A stretch of DNA of 64,000 nucleotides from Phyllosticta citribraziliensis (lineage: Eukaryota): positions 682,001 through 746,000 of the forward strand of contig NW_027117348.1 in assembly GCF_038025025.1 (NCBI RefSeq), in the 5' to 3' direction. Position 1 is the stretch's first letter; each line of letters opens with the position of its first letter. Positions 24,517-36,790 of this stretch are shown piece by piece. The notes under the pieces were generated by a model that was not told the DNA's origin, ran no database searches, and worked only from the letters and a program-made list of their open reading frames with translations. A program made the translations under genes and the position numbers.

Positions 24517-25828
24517 ATGCCAGGAACGGCAGATTTCACCCATGAGCCCGCGGTCAGAGGCACGGTGATCTATGTCGTACTCATCATATCCCTGTTGATC
24601 GTATGGATCACGACATGCCTCCGAATCTATGTTCGAGCAATCAAGATCAAGTCATGGGGATTTGACGACTGGTGGATGATGCTGACCTGGGTAAGCCAGA
24701 TGAGAATTATGTGGTTGAGCTGTACTAATGCATCAATTTCCAGGCGTCCTTTACGGCAATGGGAATCTGCATGATATTGCTCGCCTACAGCGGTTTCGGC
24801 AAACACATTTGGAAAGTTCCTACAAAATGGATCATCTTTGGTTTCAAGGTAATCATGTCTTCGACGTCACGCATTGAATCATCTGACAGTCAAAGGGATA
24901 CCTCGCCGCTCAACTCACATATATCCTCTGCGTTGTGGCCCTCAAACTCTCAGTCTGCGCCTTTTTCCTCCGTCTCACGAATCTCAAATGGCAAATATGG
25001 ACAGTCTGGGTTCTCATCGTCGTCAACAGCCTTTACTCCACCGGCTACTTTTTCCTCATACTGAACCAGTGCTCGCCGATATCACATCTCTGGAACCAAA
25101 TCATTCTCAAAAAGGGCACTTGTTTGCCCGAGAGTATCATCCTCGACGCAAGCTACGCGCACAACACCATTTCCATAGTGTCGGATTGGATTTTGAGCTC
25201 ACTGCCCATCTTTCTTTTGAGAAATTCGAAGTTGAAGAAGCAGGCCAAAGTCATCATCATCGTCCTCTTGTGCTTGGGATACTTGTAAGTGGCCGTTCGT
25301 CTCCAGTCGGCAATCCACTAACATGGTGCAGTTCGAGCGTGGCGTCCATGATTCGCATGTCGTCGCTCCCAACGCTGAATCGGACGTTGGATTACACATG
25401 TGGGTCTCCATTTGCGCACCATCTTCTCGGACAGTAACTGACTCGCCGCAGACACGGTTACACCTATTGCTGTGTGGTCGGCAGTTGAAGCGGCGGTGGG
25501 CATTCTGGCCGCCAATCTGGCGACATTCCGACCACTGCTCAGCTCTTACGTGCAGACTGTGACGACTTTGGACAGCACAGATTCGCGACGAGGAGGAACG
25601 AGTACATCACGCATGTCTGGATGGCGCCGCGGGAAGAGTCAAGAGAGGTTTACTCTCAACAGCGAAGGACACGACATGAACCGCCTCCAGTCGACAGACG
25701 TCAGGACAGTGCAAGGGAGCAGCGTTTCAGACCGCACCTCGACAGCGAGCGGCAAGAAGAATGTCGACGAGGAGATGGGGATTTACAAGCAGACAGAGCT
25801 GATGATTCGAGAAGAAAAGATTTCATAA
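24517..25828 (+). CDS. PTH11-like / fungal rhodopsin-domain integral membrane protein (no CFEM domain); 5 exons
   Basis: Motifs LRIYVRAIKIKSWGFDDW, GFGKHIW, LKLSVCAFFLR, QCSPISHLW, SDWILSSLPIFLL and WSAVEAAVGILAANLATFRPL. Introns at 24691-24743, 24849-24895, 25285-25331 and 25400-25451 restore one reading frame. Confidence 0.88.
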
Positions 25829-26678
25829 GTCGGAGAGCGAAGTAATGCAAGGTTGTCTATTCCAAAACTACGCCATGGTTTCTTTGCCTCTCCCGCAGCG
25901 TGACTGTCGTCGGAGCTTCACAAACCCACAATTGTCGACTGCAGATTTAACCTCGTATGTTTGTGTTTCAAGTTGATGGGTGAGCGCGCTGCGCTCGGTG
26001 GGGCCGACGGAGAATCACCGCCGCCTCGACCACATCATTTTGCAGCACATGGCCGCTCTCCCCCGCGCCTCACGACATGGCTCGTTCCTCTCTGCAGACG
26101 TCGACTCCTGGAACACTCTCACGCACGAATCGGCGATATGAAGAGCGACTTGATCCACTCGCCCCTTTCCATTTGCTGGCGCCATTGTAGGGATAGATGC
26201 GCGCCTAACACCGTTGCAATGTAGCGTCTTGCATCGCTACACGACTTGTTACTTTTGATACTCCACGAACTGTGCAATAGCGAATCCAAGCTCCAGATCT
26301 TTTCCCCATACGTCCTCACGTTCCCCATTCTATTCTCCACCGTCCCATGTCCGCTTCAGGCCAGAAGCAGCTCGCTAACGACCTGGAACAAGTCCCTAGA
26401 TCTCGGAGAGGCAGCCGAGCTTTGACGCGGCGACAGGCTAAGCCTCAGGCCCTTGTGCGGATCAGTCTTGTCATTTCTTGTCCCTCGCTGTCAGTCGTGG
26501 GCCCATTGTCCTGCGAGGATGCCTGAACACCCTCTCCATTTCGTGGGTAGGTATAAATCGGCCATGGAAGCGACTCTTCCAAGGCTTGTCTTCTTCGGAG
26601 CACTCATACACTCTCTTCCGTCCTTTTCAGCAATCGTCACTCCTTAGACCCGTCATTCGTTGATCGAATACCGCAAGA

Positions 26679-27907
26679 ATGGTCAAGTTTACCACTCTCA
26701 TGCTCGGCGCTGGCGCCGCAACCATGGCTGCGGCCGCCCCGGCCATCATGGCCGCCTCCAACAGCACTGGCTGCACCTTCACCGACGCCGCATCGGTCAA
26801 GAGCAAGAAGACGTCTTGCTCCAACATCATCCTCAAGTCAATTACGGTCCCGGCGGGCGAGACGCTCGACCTGACGGAGCTCAACGACGGAACCACGGTG
26901 ACGTTCGAGGGCACCACGACCTTCGAGTTCAAGGAGTGGGAGGGCCCGCTCATCAGCGTCTCCGGAAGCGCCATCACGGTCAAGGGCGGCTCCGGGCACG
27001 TCATCAACGGCAACGGCGCCAAGTGGTGGGACGGCGAGGGCAGCAACGGCGGCAAGACCAAGCCCAAGTTCTTCTACGCCCACTCGCTCAAGAAGAACTC
27101 CAAAATCTCGGGCCTGAATGTCAAGAACACGCCCGTGCAGGGCTTCTCCATCAACTCGTCCGAGGACCTGACCCTTGATGGCATCACCATTGACAACTCC
27201 GCTGGCGCGGACCAGGGCCAGTGAGTTCATGTCTTTTCAGGGGAAGTTGAGTGCGTACCTGACTGATTCTCCTCAGCAACACCGACGCCTTCGACGTTGG
27301 CTCCAGCACCGGAATCACCATCAGCGGCGCCAAGGTATACAACCAGGACGACTGCCTCGCCATCAACTCGGGAACCGACATCACTTTCACCGGCGGCTAC
27401 TGCAGCGGCGGCCACGGCCTGAGCATCGGCTCCGTCGGCGGCCGCGACGACAACACGGTCAGCAACGTCAAGATCACTAACACCAAGGTTGTCGACTCGG
27501 ACAATGGCGTGCGCATCAAGACGGTCTATGACGCCACGGGCAAGGTCTCGGGCGTCACCTACTCGGGCATCACCCTCAGCAACATCGCCAAGTACGGCAT
27601 CGTCATTGAGCAGGACTACGAGAACGGCTCGCCTACTGGTGCGTCTCCCCTGTGCCCCTGAATGCCCCTGAATGTCGGCCAAGACCGGACAACACTGACA
27701 TGACAAACAGGCGAGCCTACCACTGGCGTCCCCATCACCGGCCTCACCGTCGAGAACGTCAAGGGCAGCGTCTCCTCCGACGCCGTCCCCATCTACATCC
27801 TGTGCGGCTCTGGCTCGTGCAGCGACTGGACCTGGACCGGCAACTCGATCACTGGTGGCGAGAAGTCGAGCAAGTGCTCCGGCATCCCGTCGGCCGCTTC
27901 GTGCTAG
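26679..27907 (+). CDS. Secreted endopolygalacturonase (GH28); exons 26679-27220, 27277-27638 and 27711-27907
   Basis: Signal peptide and [17 protein letters not shown]. After splicing, all GH28 catalytic motifs are present: [23 protein letters not shown] and GVRIKT. A TATA-like GTATAAAT lies at about 26551. Confidence 0.96.
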
Positions 27908-30706
27908 ACGGCTACAGCCATTGCTAGCACCTTGATCGTTGGAATTATGTTGAAAGGAGGAGGTGGTGGGAGCGGCGGCGGTCGTGGTAAAGGGGAGGAC
28001 TTGATCACTTGTGTCTTTTAGATTCCGCACTGCTTTGCTTCAATGTTGAACACCGCATCGCAGGGCGTTCTCGCGCTTGCTTTCCATAGACGGCGAATAA
28101 TAGGGGATCAAGTCAGCAGTCTGCCACCTTGTCAGCGTCTCCGGATGCAAACACCTACATGCCTCAACGTCCGAAAGACCCCAGTCCCCCTTTCCCCTGT
28201 GCAGTCCTTTTACCTCGTCTCATCTCCGCCCCCAGTTCAGTCAGTCCAGCCAATGCAAAATCAGACGTCTGGATGCACAAGTCCGAAGCACGCCAGCGCG
28301 TAATGCCGGCCAGTGCGAGCATCCAGCAAACAAGGCCGGCCAGGCAGCCTGACATACGCGCACGCATCCAGTCCTTTTTTTCACTGCCAGGTACCGCTGA
28401 TGAGAGTGCCGACATGACTGCCAGACAGCCAGTCCGTGTCCGCAAGGAGTGCCTGTGAAGACTCCTTGCTCGTGCATATCTACCTGCCCGGATGGGCAGG
28501 CGGGCAAGGTCGAGTCGGACCGAGGCATCCTGAGGAACGTTTTTTCTGCCGTTTGATGGGTCCCGTTGATGAGGAAGCTGGACTGTAGTTTCGTGAAGAG
28601 GAGGTGCGTCTTCGTCTGCCTGTCAACACAGCAGACTGCCCTTCTCGTCGATGTTTGGACTTGTCTCGTCGTAGGTGATGGGGAGATGGTGGGCTTTCTT
28701 CGCGCCAGTCTCATCCCCGTTTGCCGTTTGCCGGTTTTCCGCAGCCATCAGGCCTTCCTTCTTCCTCTCGCAACACCTCCACGCACTCCCAGCAGCATCC
28801 AGCCAGCCAACCAGTTCGCCAGTCAGCCGGAATTCCCATCACCACGCGAACACGGCACGAGACGAGTCAACTCCTCGTCTCGAACACAGGCAGGCGCGTG
28901 GAAGCTGGGCGACAGTGAGAACTTCGGTCATTGCACCTCTGAGGAGGCGCCAGGCAGGGTGCCTGATGACGACCCCTGCACCACGCTCGCGGGGCCCCCC
29001 GCCAACCCCCTTCGCGCGGGCCCGGCGCGGCGCAAAAGCTTGGTTTTGCTTGGCCGGCCTAAGGCTGAGAGGAACGAGGTGTGTGTGGGGCCCACTCTAC
29101 CACTGCCGATAGGGGAGCCGACGACGGCGCTGGGTGACGGGAGAGACCGTGACTCGGTGTTGGTCTTGTCATTGCTCTCAGGTTGCTTGCTGGGACGAGA
29201 AGAGGAGAGGAAGGAGATGGGAGAAGGAGCGGCAGAGGGCGCGCTTGCGTTTGGCTGTTTGGTCAGCGTGTCGTCGTTGGAGCATTCGTGCATGCGTGCA
29301 GTTGGGGCGTCCAGCGCTCGCTGTTGGCGCCACACCCACGCGCGCGTCCGCTTATGCATGTTTGCTCCCACGCGCCGCTTGCTGGCTGTCTGGTTCGTTG
29401 TTGGTCAGCGCTGGATAAGAGTCGACTGCGTTTGCTGGAGGTTTGGAGTTTCGCAAAGCGCGCGCGTGCAGCGACGCTTTGGCTGAGGCTGCCTGACAGG
29501 CTGGATGGACCGTGGCTTCGACAGGTGGTGTGGACGAAAAGAGGAGAGCAGAACCTCGCGAGCGCCCAAACAGCGAGGAAATAACAAAAGTTGAAGAAAA
29601 GAGGGCCGCCGTCCCAGCAGAATCAGCAGTTCAACAAGGGATTTCGCACAGCCCGCCCCGTCTCCCACGTCTCGTCTCATCCGCCACTCGCCTTCACCTC
29701 CGCTCTCTGCGCGGGGAAACCCACAGCGAGCATCAACCGCTCTGGCTCGCCCACACCTACTCCCGCCGTTTGCCTTCCCCTCCCTTCCGCAGCCAAAAAA
29801 TACCGCAAACGCAAGCACAACGACGGTCGAAGGAGGCTGTGTCGCCAGCGCTGGGAAATTCACAGCGATTGCGACGTTCGACGTTGTCGAAAATTGCCGC
29901 AACGCGGTAGTGTGGGTGGGGCAGCCCACAGCGAGCCAGCCGAGCGACGGCGAGCTTCCTGGTACGGTGACCTCAGCAGTCAGCCAGCGGTCCTCGTTGC
30001 GCGTCCTGTGGTTGGTTGGTTGGTTGAGTGTTGTGGTTGTGCGATGGAGAGGAGGGCAAGCCATGGATGGAGCGGGAAGGTCGCAGATCGCAAGCGGAGG
30101 TCGATGAGAACATAGCTGGTCCTTGCTCTGGCTGCGGGCTGCGCGCGCTGAACGCGCTGCTCTCCCGCCCGCGGGAGATGGGCAGACATGCGGATTGGAT
30201 GGACTCGAACTTAAGCTTAAAGCACATACGAGAGGCAAAATCATGCTTATTCCAAAGGCTGGACGAGAAGGGTCGAGGCGTTCAGTATCGTCGGTGGCGG
30301 AAACGCGTCTTGTTGATCACTCGCCAAAGATACGAGCCATCTGGCATTTGATATTCGATCTCACAGTGGGTATCGAAAGAACTGAGATTCCCGGGTCTAT
30401 TCGTAGCAATGAACGACTTCTCCCTGAGCGCAACCGTAGCTTTGCACAAACGCTCCCTGTGTGCAGCCGCATTCCCAGGAGGGCTCATCCCTTTCGACCA
30501 CCTCTGTGATCCTTTGATGTGGAAGATAAGCAGGGTATTGAACTCTTGCTATGTAGGTGATGTCATTTACAGGATTGCGCATGTACAAGAAGCCTCCTTC
30601 GCTGTTCCGCCGTAATTCGTCATCGTAGCAATCTATATATGATGCAATGCAAACAAAACGCCATTCCCAATGCCACGAGCTACCAAGATATTCACACGAA
30701 GTAAGC

Positions 30707-32053
30707 TCATGCCGCCCCATACAGACTATTGACCGCCATCGCCAACGCTGCAACCTCCGTATTTGGCGCCGATGCGTCTTTATCCGATGCGCCAAAGAGG
30801 TCCATGTACAAGACGTTTGGATACGATTGGCTTGTAAAATTGACAAAAGCCTGCTGGAACAGCGGCTCGTAGGCCTTTTCGGCGAGCTCGAGGATGGACG
30901 TTGCGGCGTTGATAACGTCAAGAGCGTCTTGAGTTAGGGTCCACGAGAGCAAAAAGAATGTAGAGTCGGGATTCTTGCGCTGAGTGTGCAGTTTGGACAG
31001 CTGGTCGGCGACCATGGTATTAAGATCGTTAGAGTCGGCGTAACTGTTGTAGATGGGAAACGAGTTGCCGCTGTTGACGATACCGGCAGTGAACGCGGCG
31101 CTGGGTAACGAAATTCCTGTTGGGAGCTCTGTGACAAGGAGAACACATGGCCCATCCCCGATGAATGAGGACAGCGTCTTCTTGCTGAGGTCCGTCGAAG
31201 TCGTCAGACCCGTCGTGTTCAAGCGGTGATTGATCTTTTGCAGCTCTGCGAACAGAGTCTCCCAGTTGGCCTGCGAAAAGTCGGCATAGTCGCTGTCGGC
31301 ATTGTAGGCGTGCGAAATATCGAGAATGACGAGCTCGTTGTACTTGGACGTGAAGTCATTGATTTGCGAGATGATTTCGGTCAGAGACTGACCATCGGCA
31401 CCCTGCCAGCCGAGCACATCAACGTCACTGTAGTGTCCAGTCTGGAAGGATCCGTTCCTTAGTATCGGCCGAATATCGAACCACCTCGAGCCCGCCGTGA
31501 GCTGCGTCGCGATATCGAACTTTTGCGTAATGGTGTTTTGCTTCGTCACCAGATCAGTGTGTGTGCCAAACTTAGACATGCCTGCATCATGACTGCCAGG
31601 CATGCAGATATGGCGGATTTGTCGATCGCCAAGCAACGCCAGGTTCTGATGCATCCAGTCCACTGACGCGCCATTCGAGGTATAGCTCCCGTCAGCGCCA
31701 CCCAGCACCCAGTTGACATAAGATCCGCCGTTCCAGCCGAGGTTGATGGTGCTACCCTGAGCGTTGTTTTGCGTGGCCAAGTCGACTAGGTAGACCTCGA
31801 GGTTGAAACCGTCACGGTATCGGGCCTGGACTTGGAAGCTGGAAGAAGTGCCCCCCACCGCATAGACAGCCTCGCCGGCGTCGTCTCCCAAGCTCTTACC
31901 GGCCGCAACATGCCACTGGACGTAGACTGGCATAGATGCTCCCGATGCGACTGTGCTGGGAAAGGACCAATTGTCCATTTGGTAAGAGTGCGAATACGAA
32001 AGTGTCCATGGATGCGGAGTTGCATTAATCAGCTCGACGTAGCCGTTCGACAT
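30707..32053 (-). CDS. PI-PLC X-domain (PLC-like phosphodiesterase) protein with an N-terminal beta-rich domain
   Basis: Likely start MSNGYVELIN (ATG 32053), with a TATA-like TTATAAG at about 32150. Motifs ICMPGSHDAGM, QLTAGSRWFDIRP, TGHYS, ELVILDISH, LLSWTLTQ and YPNVLYMD. The upstream ORF extension to 32359 is probably UTR. Confidence 0.85.
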   Translation of the reverse strand: MSNGYVELINATPHPWTLSYSHSYQMDNWSFPSTVASGASMPVYVQWHVAAGKSLGDDAGEAVYAVGGTSSSFQVQARYRDGFNLEVYLVDLATQNNAQGSTINLGWNGGSYVNWVLGGADGSYTSNGASVDWMHQNLALLGDRQIRHICMPGSHDAGMSKFGTHTDLVTKQNTITQKFDIATQLTAGSRWFDIRPILRNGSFQTGHYSDVDVLGWQGADGQSLTEIISQINDFTSKYNELVILDISHAYNADSDYADFSQANWETLFAELQKINHRLNTTGLTTSTDLSKKTLSSFIGDGPCVLLVTELPTGISLPSAAFTAGIVNSGNSFPIYNSYADSNDLNTMVADQLSKLHTQRKNPDSTFFLLSWTLTQDALDVINAATSILELAEKAYEPLFQQAFVNFTSQSYPNVLYMDLFGASDKDASAPNTEVAALAMAVNSLYGAA

Positions 32054-33103
32054 GGCTGATGGTACTGGAATAATGTAAAGAAAGTGTAGGAAACGAAGGA
32101 ACGAGAGACTGTGGCCTACCTTGACCCATGGTTGCAGCAGGAAGAGACTTATAAGGGGCGGAAACAAAGAAGCGCGGGTGTAGCTGGGGGCGCTATGCAT
32201 ACACAGCCCGGATCTACGCACATTTTTCGAAACACACGGACTAGACAGCTCCTTTAACTGTTTGGCCAAGAGGTCGAGGAAAGCGCCTCGAGGACGAGGC
32301 GTATGGACGAGGATGCATGTCGAGAGCGCAAACAAGTCCCGACTGACAGCCAATCGCACGGGAGAGGACCATGTGAAGCAGACGAGGCAGAGAGAAACAT
32401 GATGAGGCAGAGAGGGGCATCAGCAGGCGCCGAGTCGATCCTAGTGGAGAAGGTGGCAGAGCAGGGTGTCGAGATGGCGGCTTCGTAAGGCGAGCGGTGA
32501 ATGATGAGTGGACGGCCACGCAGCCAAACGGCAGCACGTGCATGCGAGGATAAGGACAGACACGACGGAGCGCCAGACGAGGCAGCGCGTGGCTGGACGC
32601 AGTGGCTAGACCAGGCGCGGGATAGAGGATGGCGATGGACGTGATGGTGTTGAGGGGAGCTGGGACTAACGCAGCGACTGACGTGAGGAGCCGAGGCCGT
32701 CGACATGATCCTCCCCCTTCGGTCATGGTCCGCTGCTGCACCATCCACCATCCACCATCCACCATCCCCTGTCGGCGTCGCCCTCCCTCCTCAACACCAG
32801 ACTCGACCAGGGCATCCTCAAAGAGCCGTCCGTCGTCATTCTTAGCCAGGCATCCGAGCCGACGGGGTCCAAGGTCGCACCCCACCCGAACCAGGGCTCC
32901 GGCGGCCCGTCCCCAGGAACCTAAGCTACCACCCAACACAGCGCCCGCCCCGTGTTGACGCCCGCACTTCGCGTCCGCGTCCTCGACCACCGGTATCGCT
33001 CCACCGAGCGACGCGTTTCTCCTGTTATTGCTTTTGTCCGGCCCGTCGCCTACTTCAAGCCCTCCCACTGCTGTGCTCCGCATTGAGACACCACGCGCCC
33101 CCC

Positions 33104-34753
33104 ATGGCCTTGTCACGCGAGTCGAGCCCCGCCGCCCTCTTTGAGCCTCCAAGCTCCCCTCCGCCGCTGCCGTCTGATTACAGCCGGAAACGCTCGCGGT
33201 CGCCCACCCTCCACGACCACAGCCAGGGGAGCTCGTCGAGCGACGCCTTTTTATTCAGCAGCGACGACGCGCCCGAGGGCGTGGAGAATTACGAGATCCC
33301 CAATCGCAAAAAGAGACAGTACGTTGGAACGTGGTGGGCTCACGAGGACAAGCCTGCGAGGAGCCCTAAGCGAACCCCGAGGCCACGGGCTAAGAAAAAG
33401 CTATCCAGGAACAATGACAGCGGTGTCTGGCTGTCGAGCGAGTCGTCCGACGACTCCGCCATTGAGCGTCTGGCCGCCGCTCCCCGTCCAGTCCTGTTTG
33501 GATCCGTCCCGCGAGCTCAAAACCCACCTACTGAACAAGACAATGCTGCCGGACACGCAAGCGCCAACGAGAAGATCCAAGCATGTCTGGAGAACGGAAT
33601 CGAGTCGGTTGACCTCTCGTAAGCTACCCATCGATAGCGAGAGGCGTCTACTAACGAATGCAGTGCAATGCATCTAGGCTCGATTTCCGACGAACTCATC
33701 CAGCCGCTCGCGCAGCTCATCAGAAACCCTCGGGTTGGCGCCGAAGTCCCAAAGGAAGACTCGTACCAGTCCTTCACCCCATCATTGAAGATCTTCCTCT
33801 CGCAAAATGGGCTTCGAGCCGTCCCCATGTCACTGTGGAACCTAGAGAACCTGTCAGTATTGAGCCTGCGCAACAACAAGCTCGAGGAAATTCCGCCTGC
33901 CATCGCGAACCTCAAGAATCTCACGGAGTTGAATCTGGCTGGAAACAAACTGCGGTGGTTGCCATGGGAATTGCTTCGACTTGTCGCTCCTAGCGGCAAG
34001 TTGACATGTCTCAACGTGACCCCAAACCGCTTTTTTCAAGGTGGAAAGTTCTCGGGAACGCTGGAATTTTCAGATGATTCCCAGGAGATGGTGAAGAAAC
34101 TTTCCGACTTCAGGGAGGCCCTCGATGACCCCGAGCAGGCTGCATCACGAGAGCAAATCGCCTGGTCCATCCGTTTGTACGAAACTCTCCTTAAGCGCAT
34201 GGAAACTCGCGATCCCGCGCCAACACCGCGCCACGAGTGTCCAGCTTGGAAAAGGGAACCAGTGTACATCACGAGCACTCCAGTGGCCCGGATGGATTTT
34301 GATGGATCCTTGCAAAGGAACTCGCCCGTTCCCCCCTCGCGCGCCTCTCGCGACGTCTCCATTTTGCCAGCAGCAGGTGCAGGCCACACTCCGGCCATGG
34401 AGCTCGCCAACCTACCCAACAAGACTCGCGTTCCGTCCCTGTTTGAACTTTCCCTCCGCGCCGCTGCCGGCACCTCCAGCCCACACACTTTGCGGAACTT
34501 TTTTTCAGACGAGTCTTCTCCCAAACTTGTTGTTCGCGGACTTGAGGAAATGGAGCGCGCCCTGAACGCAGGGGGTCGAATCTGCTCCGTTTGCAGCAAG
34601 CCTTACATCCAGCCTGGGGCCGAGTGGGTCGAGTATTGGCACTATGCGGACACGCTGTTTTGCGGGGCCGAGGACTCGTTCCTGCCTTTCCTGAGGCGGG
34701 CTTGTTCGCTCGGCTGCGCAGCGGCAGTGAATGGCGGCGAGGTGCAGCAATAG
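33104..34753 (+). CDS. Leucine-rich repeat protein; intron 33619-33663
   Basis: Starts MALSRESSP with KRQYVGTWW and NNDSGVWLSSE. The GTAAGC...CTAAC...CAG intron joins in frame to LRRs (LENLSVLSLRNNKLEEIPPAIANLKNLTELNLAGNKLRWLP). C-terminal VPSLFELSLR and CSVC...LPFLRRACS. Confidence 0.85.
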
Positions 34754-36790
34754 ACCAGGGACCGCGTCGATGATGCTCGAAGCTGGATTGAAAGAGGCTG
34801 GTGCGTGGACCCAAAACCGATGGTGCAATTGTCGATCGGGCTTTCACAAACCTTCCCCCGAAACGTGTACTCTTACAACCCTGCCCGCAGTCTCTCACTG
34901 CACTTTTGTTATCTCGCACGGCGTTTGGATGGCTGGAGTCTGGCCTGGGGCGTCCCGGAATCGGATGATGGACACTGGATGGCCTGGCTGCGATACGGCC
35001 GATCCCTTTCTCCTTGATTGCTTGTCGGATTCTTGCAGATCAGTCCTTGATTTTCCTCTCTAATTTGTTCCATTTCCTGGGTTGACGCAGGACGGGACGG
35101 GACGGGCGGCAGGTCTCGCGGCGTTTTGAATGGTTGGATTGGTGGAAGGAGGCTGTGTGTTGCAAAATACCTCGTCTACCTACCTCACTTTCCTTGTTCT
35201 CTTCCTAGTCACCTCTGTAGTTTGGCTCGACCTGATTGATTCGGTCGAGGTTTCATACCAGGGTCTTCCTAATTTCAACCACGGTTCCCACGGGCGAACT
35301 GCTGCGATACTGTTTACTCGGAATCCGGCCAACCGAAGCGGGAGGATTGCATGACATGGCATGACATTGCCGTCTGCAGGAAATCTCTGAAAGGGGCAGA
35401 AAGACGGCAATGATGACGATGGGCGGAAGTACGTCCTGCGCAATGCGTAACGGCGACAGTCCTTGCATGCCGGTGGTGCAGGTGGAAGGTTCGTCCCGCC
35501 GCCCCGCGTCGGACCGCGACCTCGAAGTGCATCAAGTCTTGTGCTGTATCTGCAGCTGGCCTGGCCTGCACCAAAAGAACAGGGTTATGGTTGGAGTCGG
35601 AGGTTTGGAGTGGCAGCGCTATCAACTCCTCGTTGCTTTTTCCCCAGTCAACCCCACACCCATCTCCACACCAGCAAATCGCCGACCGCCAGCGCCCTTT
35701 ATCCGTCACCGCCAATTGACGTTTATCATGCATCCGCATTGGCGGGAAAAGGCAATTCTCGACAGAAAGAGCCATCGTCCATCAACCAACAGAAAAATTG
35801 CGCTGGACGCTGCAGGCCGCGACGTCATGGCTCCATGCAAGGAGCGTTCTGTCGCCTTCAACGCAACGCGACGCAACGCGCTGCCGTCTCCCCTATCTCG
35901 TCGTCTCGCCTGATCAGTCCTGCACTCGCCCGTTGCCGTACGACTACGACTGGGCCAACTTGTCGACGGATGCGATGCCGGGCGCCCCGCTTGAGCAAGA
36001 AAGCACCGTTTCCTCCTCGACGACTTGCTGAATCGATTGTCGCTCACTTGCGATTGGCCACTGAGCCATGCATTGTCTGTGAATTGCATGCAGGTACCGG
36101 CAGCCGCAAAATGTGAATGGTCGCATCGGGGACTTTCTGAGGCAGGTCGATCTTGTCGCTTTGAAGGACCACGCCTCGCAAAGGTCACGTCAGCGACCCT
36201 GGCCTTCGATGGAGGCCTCAAGAGAGCGGTATCGCACATGTGGCCAATCGGGGAGCATCCATGGCGCTGCTCATCTTGTCCATCCTGGTCGCGTTTTCCC
36301 AAAGTCACTTCACGCAGCGTGTTGCGCACTGCATCTTTGCATCTTTTTGAAGCTTGCCCTATATTTCGGGCGGGGCTTGTCTTTCTCTTGGATGGCACAA
36401 ACACTCGCCGCTTGGACCTTTGGATCCTGGACGTCTGGTCTCGACGTTACACGCGCGACTGCAAGACGCGTGGGCACCGTTGTCGTGTCGCTGTGACCGT
36501 GCTGTCTCAGCCTCTAGTATTTGCGCATGCGGTGCCCAGGCAAAGCATGAGGGTGGTTTAATAAACAGCTGTGCCTCTCAATCGCCTTGAGCTCAAATTC
36601 TGTTGGTGTCGTTTTTGATGTTCGATTTTTGAGCAATCTCCTGCGGCCATTGAGCTCGATTCTTCTTTCTCATTCAATCTCTTATTGTGAGTTTCTCCTA
36701 CTCCTGTGTATCTGATGATCTATACTCATGATTGGTACAGCTTGACCGTAGGACTCTGCTCCGCGTCTTTCGTTCGACTTGCATCCGGGA

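Noticed and set aside
28566..30244. 306-aa and 279-aa ORFs
   Set aside because: Low-information translations, as expected by chance in GC-rich intergenic DNA.
32054..32359. N-terminal extension of the 550-aa PLC ORF
   Set aside because: It begins at a non-ATG codon and spans the TATA-like box. The real start is most likely ATG 32053.
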